Shown: positions 1-13,708, numbered from the stretch's first letter. The stretch is 64,000 nt of DNA from Paraspadella gotoi (GCA_051294375.1 CM119268.1:10760713-10824712); one strand, 5' to 3'. Notes: generated from the sequence alone by a model not told the origin. Numbers and translations are program-made.

Positions 1-3000
1 GCGTTTGCCGTTGCTGTCCGGCTGAGCGGCGGCGGCTTTTCCTGCAGCGTCGGCGGCGGTGGAATCCTGCCTGCGTCCTTGGCTTCGCCTGACGTTGCTT
101 TTCTAATTATTCCTTGACGGTCGTGAGAAATTTCGTCTTTGAATATATCGTTGACTAGATCTCGGGGCGGCGTATGTCGTAATTTGAATAAGGATTTGCG
201 GGCTTGAGCCTGTGGAAGTGTCGGAGGATGGAATTAGTTTATTGGGCCACATATATCTACTAAACTTAATTTAACATTAACTTTCCCAGCCCATTCGGTC
301 AGGAAATGCGAACTTTACCTGCGCTGCCGTTTGAAACTTCTGTTCTTCTCCCGAGAAGTAGAACCTGGATCCATTCCGAAACATTTGCCCCTATTTGTCG
401 ATTGCCCGTCCCTTCGACGGACGCCATGAGGACGAAAGAAGGCGTGATGTTCCAAACAGGCGCATTTCGCAAAGGTGCTTTGGTCGCGCGTTCGTCGCTT
501 AGGAATGGGAAAGAGGAAGTAGTAAATAAATTACAGCGAACATTGGTTGTACAATTTTATACTGTCAGACTCCGTGCATTTTGATGATAATTTGAAATAA
601 AAGGACGCATTTCCCCAATCTATAAGTATAAACTATAAGAGAATCGTTTGTCTATAGAAATTCAAACGTTCTTTAGAATATTAACAGAAGGCTTCTTATT
701 ATAGCCAATAGACTACTGCTGTGTGGCTTACGACCACACTGCTTAAATAACGGTCCAAATTTGTTAAAATTTGGCACACGACGATACCTCTGAGGTAAAC
801 ACAAATAATTTACTCCTCAACAATTGTCAAAAAAACATTTTTTAAATTGATTGGTTAGACATGTCACGCGACATGATGCTAGTTACCAAAATTGTAATTA
901 ATAAAAACTATAATTTTTTAGTCCTTTTTTTAACCCCCAGGGGTCCTGCGGGGCCCTCTTACTCTTATACTCGCGGTAAAATTCGGCCTCGATATTTTTA
1001 TATACATTTTAGTCATTAGAACTATAATGTAAAGTTTCATAAAATTCTATCAGTGTAGTAAGGTAGGAACCGAATCTGGTCATGCGGGCGGAGTAACAAT
1101 ATAGTATTCCCCGAATCAATACTTTTCACATGACAAGTTAGAAACATTCTTCTGAAGATAAATATATGCCACTTCTTTGATAGGAAGGCCAGGTACTTCT
1201 AGGGATGAATAAAAAGGACTGAGAGAGTCCTGATTGAAAGCTTGCAGGGACCTGCTATGTCAGTATTTTGTAAGAGTGATGGAGGTCGCTTATTAAACCA
1301 CCCAAAGCCTGTCCAAAAGTCCAGGGGCAAGATAGTGTGGCAGGCAAGACTTAAAGCTGCCTCAAACTGCTGTCGTCCGTCCAGCCAAGGTCTCAATGGC
1401 TGAGCAGAGCCTTAAATCATCTCATTCCGTCCGTGCGTCCCGGGTTCAATCCTGGTATCCCCGGTTCTGGCTTAAATGTTGACGGTGCCGGTATAAAAAC
1501 ATGCCAGTGACAGGAGGCGGTCAACTGAGGGTCCTGCAGACCCCTACCGCCAGTTTGGTGAGAATATCCCCAAATCCGCCCCGGTATCACAGGCTATCCT
1601 CAGGGCCGTTGCGCAATACCGAGTGGTGAGGCCGCTACTGCTCCAACACGCAACGCGCTGCGCACCGTGCGCCCACGCTTAACGTCGGTTAGGTATGCAT
1701 ATCCACGGCTATGCCCTACTTCTTCTGGTACGCTCCAGACCCTGCTCGCGTCCGCAGACCCGCTCGCTCTCACTATGGCAATGAGATCAAAACCTTCTCT
1801 CAGACATCTCCTCAGGATTGAGGCGCCTGTGGAGAAGTGCCTGGTGGGGGGATCCTGTGGCAGCAAGACTTAAAGCTGCCTCACTGCTGTCCGTCCTCAG
1901 CCTCGTCTCAAAATGGGCTGAGCAGCTAAATCATCTCATTCCACTCCGTCGCGTACCCCCGGGTTCATCCCTGGGTAATCCCGGTTCTGGCTTAAAATGT
2001 GACGGTGGCGGTATAACATGCAGTGACAGGAGGTGGTACTGAGGGTCCGCAGGCCCCTAACCGCAGTTGGTGAGAATACCCCGCGCCCGGGTATCACAGG
2101 CTTATCCTCACCGTTGCCATAAATAATAAAGCTTTATTTTTTTATTAAATGAATGGATAATTTTATATTGGTTATATACTAATTTCATAAAGCTTTTCAA
2201 TGACGGGGACCAAGCCTGTACTTGGATCGGGGAAATTAAACCGTAAACTGTCCAAACTCAGGAAGCAAGATTACTTTTCAACAATTACATGATGATATAC
2301 TTTTTTTCTTAAAAGGAAGTATTTTAATCATTGAACGAATAGAAAAGTAATTTATATTTAGTTGTCCTTCATTTTCATTGCGTTTTTCGCCCCCACCATC
2401 ACCCCAACGCCTCTAAAACCTTCTCGAGGCGCCCTTACCTGTGATTCGCTAAAGACGAAGGTGTGTTTCCTGTTGGCCTTCCGTTCTCGTCATCTTCGAC
2501 GAGACGAGAACCAGCTTTTTTCTTCTTAAAGATCCCAGTTTGCGTGATTTTTTCGGGTCCAAAAGAAGAGGCAGCAATGCTTGGTGAGGCCCTTCGAAAA
2601 CCGAGGACTTCCGGTCGTTGGGTGAGACCGAGGTGTTAGCTTGCCCGTTCCCGGAGCCGAAGAACTCGGTGAGTGTCGACGCCGTACTGGCTCGAGCCCT
2701 TGGCTTTATGAGGAAGGAGAGCTCGGCTTGAGCCGGCTCCGTTTTGGGGAGAGTCTTGTAAGTGTCGGAAGAATGTCAATTCGCATCGTCTTCCGTCTGC
2801 TCCGGGGGACGAAGCGATACTCGGAGGACGACGGCCCGTCGTCAACCTGGCCGAAGGAAAAAAGGGGGCGTTGATTACTCTCAAGAAATTTTGAATGGGA
2901 TTGGGAAGGAGTATAGACTCTACTGACCAAAGCAAACCAAAATTTAATAGGCCGAAGCTTCGACGCAAGCTCGCGTTTTCCTCCCCTCCCTTTCAACGCG

Positions 3001-4405
3001 ATGAAATCAACAAAATTCAAAACCGTCCCACTGTTGGGGTCAAAAGAGGAAAGTTTTTCTAATCATAAACCAATATAATCCTTTATATTGCATTAGTACA
3101 CATTAACGTTAATTGTCATTCTTCAAAAATGCTAATTTTAAAATACAGTTAAATTGTATAGAACCCACTTTCAATAGCTAGAAAAAAGTCGATTATCAAT
3201 TGATGAAGTGTTTTCCAGCTCTAAAATTATAAAATTTTTTTCTCCATTAAAAAAAGAGAAAAAGGAGAATGCGATCAGGTCTGCTCTGAAATCACGCCCC
3301 CCCTTCTCCTAACCCTAGGCCCTCTCCTTCCCAAAACCCCCCCCGGGGGCCCCCCCCTCGCCCCCTCAGTCTCACCTCCATGGTGTCCTTTCGCAAAATT
3401 TCCAAACTCGCTGCTGAAGGCTCAGGCGGAGAGTTCCACCGCGTCTCGTAGTCGCGCCGTCAGTTTCCCCGAAGAGAATATCCTGGGTGCGAGATGCATA
3501 GATTAAAGGAGTCGATGCAATCATTCAATCGATCAAAGCATTAATCCCGACAATCAATGCGAAAATCATATAATCAATCCAAGCAATCAATACCCCGGCA
3601 ATCAATCACCTGTTTGAAGTTGCAGGAAGAACTGATAGCGGGGGAAAGGTGGAAGTTCTTCACGAAGATTTTATTACAGGTTCGGCGACGGAATAGAATT
3701 TGACGGCGATAATCGAAAGTGTAGGGCGGACCGATTTCACCTAAAGGGAAGATGTATGACAATATATTAAATCAAAAGCGGAATATCCTAACAAATTGAT
3801 AAATTCGTTTATCGACAACAGTCGAAGTTTTTTCGTCTCAACCAGCACCGGCATACCCGGGTTCAATGCCCCAGTAATGCCGGTAAGAAATCAAAGTTTT
3901 AAATTTTTAAAGCGAATGTTTAAACAGGATTGCGGTTATAAAAAGGGAAGAGAAAGGCTCTAACCAAGAGATGCCCCCTAGATAGAAGACAGAGGCGCGA
4001 TTCCACCGTATGCCAATTGAGAGAGGAAAGGAGAGATGAATGATATCGCAGAGAGAAAAGCTTGAGCCCAGACAGAGGATTCACGACGACAAGAGGCCTT
4101 TCACCTGCGTTCTTGATCCGTTCTTTCGTAGGGATCCAGCCAATGAGGAGGACGTTCCCAGCTGTCCGTGATTGAGAGACCAAAGGTAATCCTTCTCGAT
4201 AATATCGCAAGTTGGCAAATTGGCGCGGTTGATCAAACATCCTGACACCAAAAGGACTTTCTTGGGGATGAAGCAAGTTGACGTCCGAGTCGATCGGAGC
4301 ATGGATGACCTGCGACAGCTCGAAGAAAGTTATTCTTGTCGCAGCGTGGCGTCGTAGTCTTTCCCGCGCTTGGATCCGAGTCGAGAAAGTTTTGAAAAAG
4401 GCCAT
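1..4405 (-). CDS. yrt: Yurt / EPB41L5 (band 4.1-like FERM + FERM-adjacent) protein; multi-exon, 3' end runs off the window, many indels. Approximate exons 4405-4105, 3740-3610, 3482-3376, 2846-2439, 497-319, 209-<1
   Basis: Reading the minus strand across frameshifts gives, in order: MAFFKTF..; DIIEKDY.. and HWLDPTK.I..Q (FERM F1); VKIGPPYTF..VKFYS..EP..LREE..RYQF.LQLKQ|DILSGKL (F1/F2); SEYRFVP..; QYGVDTH; KKLVL..VEDDENGR..HTFVF (F3); EHHAFF..GSRF.FSG.RTE (FA). These match the Drosophila Yurt/human EPB41L5 motifs as I recall them. Junctions have AG acceptors and GTGA/GTAA donors. Confidence 0.85.
1336..1618 (+). mobile_element. tRNA-headed SINE-like element, copy 1 (in yurt intron)
   Basis: A-box-like TGGCTGAGCAG at 1397-1407 and B-box GGTTCAATCC at 1443-1452 with tRNA-like spacing; about 280 bp is repeated at about 1856-2130. 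Confidence 0.5.
1856..2130 (+). mobile_element. tRNA-headed SINE-like element, copy 2, with AT-rich tail
   Basis: Direct repeat of 1336-1618 (shared GACTTAAAGCTGCCTCA, CCCGGTTCTGGCTTAAA, CAGTGACAGGAGG, GGTATCACAGGCT); A-box-like at about 1914-1925, B-box-like GGTTCATCCC at about 1962-1971; ends in ATAAATAATAAA. Confidence 0.5.
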
Positions 4406-7400
4406 GATGGAAAGGTTGTGGGTGGGGGAGAGTGTTGTGTTGAGGAGGGGGGGGGAGAGGGGGGGGGGGAGGTGTAGGGATCGTTTGAGGTTTTAAAATT
4501 CTTTTTAAAGAGAGAGAAGAAAAAGAGAAGAGAGAAAAGAGAAAGGAAAAGAGAAGAAAAGGGAAGATTTTGAGGAGAAAAGGTTTTGATAAACGAAGAA
4601 GAGACGTGCGAGCGTAGAAGAGCGAATCTAGTGAGATCAAGGGGTCGCGACACATCCTTTGAGAGACCAATGAATAAAAAGAGAAACAGAGAGCGAGCGA
4701 GCGCGGATAAAGAGTGAGACCTCAAGAGAATTTGAGAGCGAGAAAGACGACCAAAGGCTAGCAGACAGGACTTGGCTCCGATAGAGAGCAACTAAGCGCG
4801 AATAGAGGGCCCGCCGAGCCGGCGATAGAGAGCAACTAGCGCGGAGCGATCGCAGAGTTTTTTCATCTGCGCGCAAGAAAGAAAACTCCGGCGTCGTGCG
4901 CTCGCCTGCACAATCTAACGTCGATGGAGCGACGAGAGATGGAAACAGGGCGATCGAGGATGGAGAAGCGAGGAGAAATGACGGGCGAGAGGCGAATGAT
5001 GCTAAGAGCACGGGGCAAAAGGCGGGCAAAGGCGGACGAGGGAGGAAGGCGAAGGAAGACCAATTTTCGAAAAAGAAAAGATTGAAGGCAGAGGAAAAAT
5101 CCGGAAATTGAAGACGAAGAATCAGTAGGCTATTAGACACTACGGTCTCTGTCTCTGTCTGTCGTTCTCGTCTCTCTCTCTCATCACTCTCTCGTCTCCG
5201 GTTTTTGGAGGAGAAGAACGATCCAGTCTCCGATCCAGTTTAAAATGCTGAGGAGCGATGTACGCCAGAGGATTATTTAGCTAGTCAAACATGGATAGAA
5301 CGCGAAGAGTGTTTTTAAATATTGCGAAAAGTCCCAATGAGTCCATACAGAAATTCGTTGCCCGAATCGAAGGCGAGCAGTAATATTCTCTGGGTGAATT
5401 TTAATCTTCCCACAAAAACTGAAATAATTTTATTTTTTTCATTATATTACATAATGAAACATCTGAAAAGAAAAAAAAAATTGGTAAGTCTTGTGCAACT
5501 TATCAATCCCGTAATTAACCATGGAGAAGGAGATGAGGATTGAGAGCGGAGCTAGCGGCCATTAAAAAGAAGAGGCATTAAGGAGTTCACATATCAGTCA
5601 GCGGTGAATCGAGAATAGAGCTCAACAGAGTATATGCTAAATTTGGCGAGTTGAGCCGTGTAGTGCCGAAAAAACACTATATGGAGTTAGAATTATCTGA
5701 TGATATAAATCCTGTTCACGATCTCCGCTATATCACCTGTACGTGTCTCAATATGATTATTCCCCTTATGTATCTTAACTTTTAAAGAATGATTGATTTC
5801 AATTTCTATTTTTTTATTATTATTAGGATAACCGAGATGTATTTAAACACATTAGTTTTTCGTTTAACACTTTCTCAGTTAATTCCGTTTTTTCGTCTTT
5901 TACATTCTGCACGGAATTGAAATTTGTGATTAAGGACGTCCATATTCGCGACTGAACTTCAGCCCTAAAAAAGAAATTCCTTCGTTTTACTCCCTAAACA
6001 ACTAATGAAAGTTAATGCGGTGAGGAGAAAATGTACGGAAAAAAACTAATGACACGATATTGACAAACATTAACAATATACATCTGCATATTCTCTATAA
6101 ATTCCCTTATTAATTGTCTTTTAAGCTCGCGCTAAGATTAAATGCCTTTTTTTATATTTTAGATCCGGTTTAATACATTTGTACCAAATAGTTGAAGATC
6201 TCTAACTTTTTTAATTGCTTTCTCAACTCAAACTCGATTTAAGACATGTGCAGGATATATTAGGTGACTGTGATCATTTTGGTTTGGCAAAGCTATTCAA
6301 GGGGTGCAATTACGTATGAAGACACCTTTTCTCGAGTCAACTCGAACATCATGGTTCTCCTTTTATAATTAGGGCATATCAAAAGCGATTTATTCAAAAT
6401 AAATGACTTTGGAGATTATTGTACGAAAAATACTAAGCCGCTTTCTGTAAATCAAGCCGACCCTATTGGGAGCCTAAGCAGACTTTCTCGGCAGTAAACG
6501 TTCAAATGAGTTTGCACATGTATCAATATTCAAATCGTATTAAAACTGGTGCTAACGAAAGCGACGGGTTAAGCAAAGCATATATATCCCGGGATATATA
6601 TTCAAATGGTCAATATTATTAAATTTACTCTTATAACATATAGACATTATCCCACCGGCAGGGGAAGTTAACACACTTTCCCTTTTTTCTCCTTATTTCT
6701 CCGATAAAGACGCGACTAAAAAGAAAATATCCCGCCGGTGTCGGGCGTAGTAAGTCGTACAGATCTTTGGCAGGGAAAGGTGCCGCGCGGCAGAGCGGAG
6801 GGGGGAGGTGGGAGAACCGAGAGTCTAATCGACCAGGAGAACGAAAAAAAAACCGATCTGAAGAGTGTGAATGAAGTCAAACTTTCGAGGAGATAGGGGA
6901 AGAGTCGAAGGAGCTGACTCTACTAAGCTCCTAGCGGATGTTCTCTCTAAGAGCCCTGGGTGGCACACCGGAGATGGCAGAGATAGGCGTTTCGGGCACG
7001 AGGATAAAAAAACCCTAATGCGGTGACATCAGACCTTCAAAAAGATACATACTTTGCACGGAAATTCAAATCGCATAAGCGCAAAGTCGATGAACTTCCG
7101 AGGAGATTTGCATTCCAAATCAAAAAACAGCAGTATCACCGCTTCTAGTTATCTCTGTATACATAAACAGCGGAGAATTAAACCAATAATTCAGTATAAA
7201 AAGAAACATTCATCTAATGACTTGGATTTAGTCTCGGATTGTCGCACTTTCGAGAATTAAAAACCACACAAAATATGTAGAAGACTAACTGTCTATGTGC
7301 TAAGAAACGGCTACCAGGAAGACATACTGTAATGTAATAATTGTAAATACTATCGCTACCTAAAGTAAATCAAAGGCTATAAAAGAATTGTTATTTAGTC

Positions 7401-8811
7401 TTCATCCCAAATCTTTAAAAAACAACTTACATTCCATCTAAAAGAAAAAGATGGAATCCTGGATTGAGGATTTTTAATTTTTTCATGGTATATATATATA
7501 ATGCTCTCTACTCCTCTCTGAAAAGAAGGAAAATTCTTCGATCATGAAGTATATTTAACCTACCGATACAGTTTTGCCTTCTTTTTCTTCGCGACGACTG
7601 CTTTATAAGGAAAAAAAGCCACAGAACGGTCTAGAGGGTAAAAGAATTTAGGAACGAGGTAACTTCCGGGAGCTAATGAATAATAAGACTATATGAATTT
7701 ATGAGCTAGATATTATATCTAAAGTACGATCTGTGTATATGTTACGTTTTATAAAGGGCTGAGCAAAAGAGCATTTCGAGCGTTTGCAGTGGCAAACGCT
7801 GTATATTCAGATATAAGGAAAAAATCGCTGTGCGTGTTTGAAATTTTCAAGAGCGTAGAATTACTCACGTTCGGTCAATAAACAGTTTTCGAGTGTTATT
7901 TTAGGTTATAAAATTAAAATACAGGTTTGTTGCATGATTGGAAAAGATGGTGACTATTTTAAAGTTGTCGTTTGTTCTCGCTAACATCGTAGTCCGATAA
8001 TTAAACTCAAAACTCTAAGTACTTATTGATTCCCGGAAATCGGATTTTGCGGCCTTTATAATCACACAACGAACGGAAAAAATTTTGCTTTTATTCATAA
8101 AAAATGTAGTTAGCGTTCTGTTGCAGCCAGCAGAAACGACGAACAGCTCTATGAAAATAAGAGGCGGACGGAAAGCAGAGCGACAAAAAAAAGCAAGCGA
8201 CGAGCCGAATAAATCGGGCGAGGAAAACGTTAAGGCAAGAAAAAATATGAAGAGTAAGTTTGCGGCGGCGTAGCGAGATAATAATATCTTATCGTAGGAC
8301 ACTTACATATTCAAAAAACCGTAATACTTGTAAGTGAGGGCCATACAGATTAATACCTTGGCAAGGTGGTGCTATAAGCCTGGGAAAGAGATTGTTTGTT
8401 ATACTTGCATTTGGGATTTTGCTTCCTGGTTTATAAACTTAAGAATTCCCATAATATATTAAAAAAGTTACTTTTACACGATTAATTTTACAAAAAATTC
8501 ACTTGATTGGCGGAACTTTTTTCGAATTCTACGTCCAGGAACATCCGATTTCTATTTTCGGTCGAGAGACGAAACTAATTTTTATCTCTAATTCTAAAAA
8601 AAAAAAAGTGTTTAGTTGCGCCAATAAAGGTATTTAATGTTGCTAAATGGAATCGATATAAAGAAGAGATCGTCTCGTCTTGATTTCGTCGTCGGGCTCG
8701 TCGGTCGATGGTCGTCGTCGTCACAGATTGAGCGCAGNNNNNNNNNNNNNNNNNNNNNNNNNCGTCGTCGTCGTCGTCGTCCCACGTTGAGCCAAAGCTC
8801 GAAACACTAAT

Positions 8812-8932
8812 CGTTCCTTAAATCCCTTTCATTGCTGCTTTCCTGGCATTATTGTCTTTGATGTCTTTGATGTCTTTGATGTCTTTGATGTCTTCCCGTT
8901 CCTTAAATCCCCATCATTGCTGTCTTTCTGGA
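8812..8932. repeat. (TGTCTTTGA)x4 tandem repeat flanked by a ~35 bp direct repeat
   Basis: CGTTCCTTAAATCCC..CATTGCTG occurs at about 8812 and 8897, bracketing four TGTCTTTGA units. Confidence 0.8.
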
Positions 8933-10871
8933 TGTGAACGCCTGCGAATGTGAACGCGAAAGGAAACGTGAAATGAGTTTTATTTTCTTCTTCTTCTTGA
9001 TCTCATTTGTTGGCAAAAGATACGAGAGGCAAATCGAGAGCTTAGAATAAATTATTTTGTTTTTTTAATTAATCGCACTGTTATGAAGAGAAACAGAAGC
9101 GCGGGGAAAAATTATGAAAAAAAATTAGTATTTTTAATAAAAGAACTAATATGTAAATTTTAAGTCGAGGACCCTCGTGAGATTAAAAATCAATTCACAT
9201 TCGGACTATTATTTTTTTCTCACAGTCCGATGCATTCGTTCTCACATTTGGCNNNNNNNNNNNNNNNNNNNNNNNNNNNNNNNNNNNNNNNNNNNNNNNN
9301 NNNNNNNNNNNNNNNNNNNNNNNNNNNNNNNNNNNNNNNNNNNNNNNNNNNNNNNNNNNNNNNNNNNNNNNNNNNNNNNNNNNNNNNNNNNNNNNNNNNN
9401 NNNNNNNNNNNNNNNNNNNNNNNNNNNNNNNNNNNNNNNNNNNNNNNNNNNNNNNNNNNNNNNNNNNNNNNNNNNNNNNNNNNNNNNNNNNNNNNNNNNN
9501 NNNNNNNNNNNNNNNNNNNNNNNNNNNNNNNNNNNNNNNNNNNNNNNNNNNNNNNNNNNNNNNNNNNNNNNNNNNNNNNNNNNNNNNNNNNNNNNNNNNN
9601 NNNNNNNNNNNNGAGAGAGAGAGAGAGAGAGTAAAAAAGAGAGCCAGCCGATGAGCGCGAGCGAGGCATGGCGAAGTAGGTCTGAAATGACCTTCATTTA
9701 AGGATTATTAGACGAAGCACTAAATTATTTCCCATTGGCTCGGAGCGACTTTCTGCGCTCCGTTTGTCACCGTTCCCTCCGTCGTCGTCGTCGTCGTCTT
9801 CTTCTTCTTAGTCGTCGTCATCGTCGTCATCATCGCGGTGAATGATTGACGAGGACACGAGGGAGTCGTGGTGCCACTCGGGAGACGAACTCGCCTCGAC
9901 GCCGCGGTCGCGTAACGTGGAACGAGACGACGGGCGGCGGAGGTGGAAGTAGCTGGGGTGGCGAGGGTGATTGGATGAAGACGATGGAGGTGGGGGGTGG
10001 CGGAAGGGGGGGGTGAGGGAAAAGAACTCTTCGCAGTCGGACGCGGCGCTGCGCGAAACCCGCGGGCATCTCGCCAAACTCCTTCGAGAAGTTACGATGC
10101 GCGTCAGGCGCCGCTGCGGGCGTCGACGCCGTCGAGGACGCCGCGCCCCACTCTGCGCGGCGTATCGACTGCCCACGGCGTCTCTCTTCTATTCACGGAT
10201 CCGTCACAAAATGGCCACGTCGCTTGCTCACCGCCCGATTAGCTACGGTTCCATCCATCGTTCACTGAAATAGTCGAAGATTCGGAATCAATGAAACATA
10301 ACGAAACTCCACACAATGGGATTATCCACTACGTCACTACCAACGTCAACACATTGCCACCACGCCAACACCACCACCAGTGCCACAACGCTATCAGCAC
10401 GCCGCCACATGCGGCGTAGCTCCCTACGGCCTTTCACGCACACTATACAGTCTCCTGCAAGCCAAGCTGTCACGCAGCTACCGCCAACGCGACTCCCGTG
10501 CCACCACTACCGCCACCACTTGCCCGGCCACCACTAACGCAGCCACCACTCCTCGCCACCACCCCGCCACCACTCCGCCAGCAACTACCGCCACGCACGC
10601 CCTTGTCCCATCCACCGGTCTAGGTTTCTTCTCTCGAAACGCGAAGTAAAAAAAATAAGTGAAGGCGGCTGATTGATGATTGCAGATTCCAACCGCGAAT
10701 TTAATTAATTTTTTTTCAATTTCACTGCGCGGCGGCGGCGGCGGCGGCGGCGGTGGCTCTCGTCTCGATCCAAAAAACGCGTCGCGCCGGGAAAAATGTC
10801 TCGGCGCCGAGTACGAAACCGGACGATGGAGGGAGTGATTTTTTAAAAATATAAATTAATAAATTAATAAT

Positions 10872-10936
10872 AAATATAAAAAAATATAAAAATATAAAAA
10901 ATATAAAAATATAAAAAATATAAAAATATAAAAAAT
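10872..10936. repeat. AT-rich tandem repeat (A4-6TAT)n
   Basis: About seven AAAAATAT(A) units read directly. Confidence 0.8.
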
Positions 10937-11194
10937 TAATATAAATTAATAATTTGTATTTGGTTGAAAAAACTAAGGCAAAATAAAAAAAATGAATTGA
11001 ATTTGTACACGCTTACGTATGAAAGAAAATTGAGTTAAGAAAACTAATCTGAAAAAAATTACAAATTGTTTTTAAGAAAAATAATTTATTAACGAATTTT
11101 AAATGGAACTGCAACAACAAAATTTTGTTAAAAGCGACTTACAGAACTAAAACCTTAATAGCGAAAAACGGCGCGAGTTTAAAACCGTCCATGG

Positions 11195-11228
<34 letters not shown>

Positions 11229-12010
11229 AAAAATCGCTGATCGGAATGGAAAGGAAATATAGATAGCGGGAAAAAAGAGGGAAACTGAGAACGAAAAAAA
11301 TTCATCCAGAGAAAGCAAGAGAAAGAAAGAACCAGTGGCTGCGCCAATACATGTATATCACTTTCAAGGGATTAAACTGAACTGTTACTGCGGCACTAAT
11401 AGCATTTTGGTACTTGCAAAAATATCTTATAAATAAAACAATATTATTTTTATTTCGATATGTGATATATGATTAAAATGCTTTGATCAAGAAACAGAAT
11501 AAGAAATAGAATAAAATAAAATAGTATAAGAAAAAAATAATTTTTAAAAAATATTTAATAAAGTTTGGAAATATTTTCGTCAACGATTTTTTTATTATAT
11601 ATATATATAATAAAAAAATCGTTGACGAAAACATTTCCAAACTTTGTTAAATCTCTATACTCAACGAAGCCGAAAGGATTAACACAATGGTTAAAAAATA
11701 TTAAAATAATAATTTTTACAAGATTTAGGATAATAAAAATTTTAAAAAACCATTGTTATTTTGTTGAAAAGCAGGTGCAAGTGAAGATCTAGTGGCTGCA
11801 GTCAGAAGAGCAAATTTTTATTGAAAGTAACGGGTAAATAAATGCTAATAGTAGATAAAGTAAGAGACAAATTCTCTGAGGAAAGTTAAATAAACGACCA
11901 AAAAAAAANNNNNNNNNNNNNNNNNNNNNNNNNNNNNNNNNNNNNNNNNNNNNNNNNNNNNNNNNNNNNNNNNNNNNNNNNNNNNNNNNNNNNNNNNNNN
12001 NNNNNNNNNN

Positions 12011-12047
<37 letters not shown>

Positions 12048-12316
12048 TGAGAATCGCCAAAAAAATGTGGTTTGGACAAAAACCGAGGTTAGGAGTCCCG
12101 GCCAAAGTGCCTGAGTAAAACGCTTGGCTCTCAGACTCAGCGCCCCGAACCGAAGCCAACTCGCACGGGAAATATAAAAAAAGGGACTGGACGAATCGCT
12201 TAACAACGAAACGTCCGCCAAAAACGCTCAAACTAAATTCTATTTAAAAAAATCGCTGAAGTCGTTTCGATCCGTTTAACGCCAGAGAGAAACGTAGAAT
12301 TTTCGAAAAAGCGGAA

Positions 12317-12376
<60 letters not shown>

Positions 12377-12848
12377 AACGAAAAAAAAAGAGAGAGAAGG
12401 GATATTTTTAAATTCGAACTGATTGGGATTTAATCAAATCCCTCAAAAGAGAGGAAGAGATCCTTTCAGTCTCTTTTCTTTTCTTTTTTCTTTTCTTTTC
12501 TTTTCATTTTCTCTCCATCCAATCCTGCCCCCCCCTTTTTCGAATGGTGATGGAACGAGGAGGAATGAAGTTCTGTGATGCCAACCGTCCTAGTGAAGCG
12601 CGAAAATTCCTAATGATTCCATTTCGCGTGAGTGAGTTTTGTGAATGCGATAGAACGGCGGGTGAAACTCTATGACTTTCTGCCCGACTTTTTTTTTCCT
12701 TATTTCTTTTCTTTTTTTTTTCGTTTTTCTTTTTCTCATTTTTCATTCGTTTCTCATTTTTTTTTGTTCGATCCTTTTTTCTTTTATTTCGTTCTTTCTT
12801 TNNNNNNNNNNNNNNNNNNNNNNNNNNNNNNNNNNNNNNNNNNNNNNT

Positions 12849-12883
<35 letters not shown>

Positions 12884-13673
12884 AAAAATAATAATACTTA
12901 CACCGAACAGTACAATTAGTGAGTTGGAGTTCTATAGTTTTGAAGTTGTCTTATATTTCTTTCCTTATATTTAATTTCGGTTTTTGCTTCTTTTTTTTCA
13001 TTTTATCCTCGCGCCACCACGAGATTTTCCACCCTTTGGGTGATGTTGAAACAAAGCTAATGGTTTTCCGGCCGACACATTTGAGAAGGCTGAGTGGAGA
13101 ATGCAGAGAGAAGGCGATAAATAGAAGAAAAAAAAAAGAGAATGAAAAGGTAAAGTAAAGATGAGATAAAATAAAAAAAAAAATACAGAACTGCGGTCCA
13201 TTTGTTTTTTTTTCAGAATATTACATTTACCTTTTAAACCATTTTAACACATTAGGCAAAAAGAGAAATAATAAAAAAACACGGAAAAATGGAAAAGAAG
13301 TCAATGAAGGCAGGGCATGGAAAGAAGTCGAGGATTGCAAAGCAGAGAGAGAAGTCAACGAATATAAAGCATAAAATTAAAATAAGGAACAGAAAGCGAA
13401 AATGACAGAAAAAGAATTGTATTAAGGGTTAGTGTATATTTGTAACAACAATCCTTAAATTGTAAAATAAAAAAAATTTTGTTTAGTACACAATATTTAT
13501 TTAAATAAACACTCGCTTAGAAAACGCAATAAAAAATACGCCACTGAGATTTCGCCGAAGTTATAAAACGTGTTGGGTGATTGTTTGAGAAAAAAAAGCA
13601 ATTTGAAATTTGAAATGAAGAAGAAAACGATTTTAACTTTGATGGAGGAAATGGAGAAGAGATGGAGATAGAG

Positions 13674-13708
<35 letters not shown>

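Noticed and set aside
1390-1462. Intact tRNA gene
   Set aside because: A/B boxes are present but I cannot fold an acceptor stem or anticodon arm; treated as a SINE head.
6268-6310. CDHFGLAKLF resembling a kinase DFGLAK motif
   Set aside because: Not DFG as written, no flanking kinase motifs, noisy sequence.
10330-10600. C/A-rich Thr/His/Pro mucin-like ORFs
   Set aside because: Degenerate (CCA/CAC)n low-complexity sequence with all frames similarly open and no splice support.
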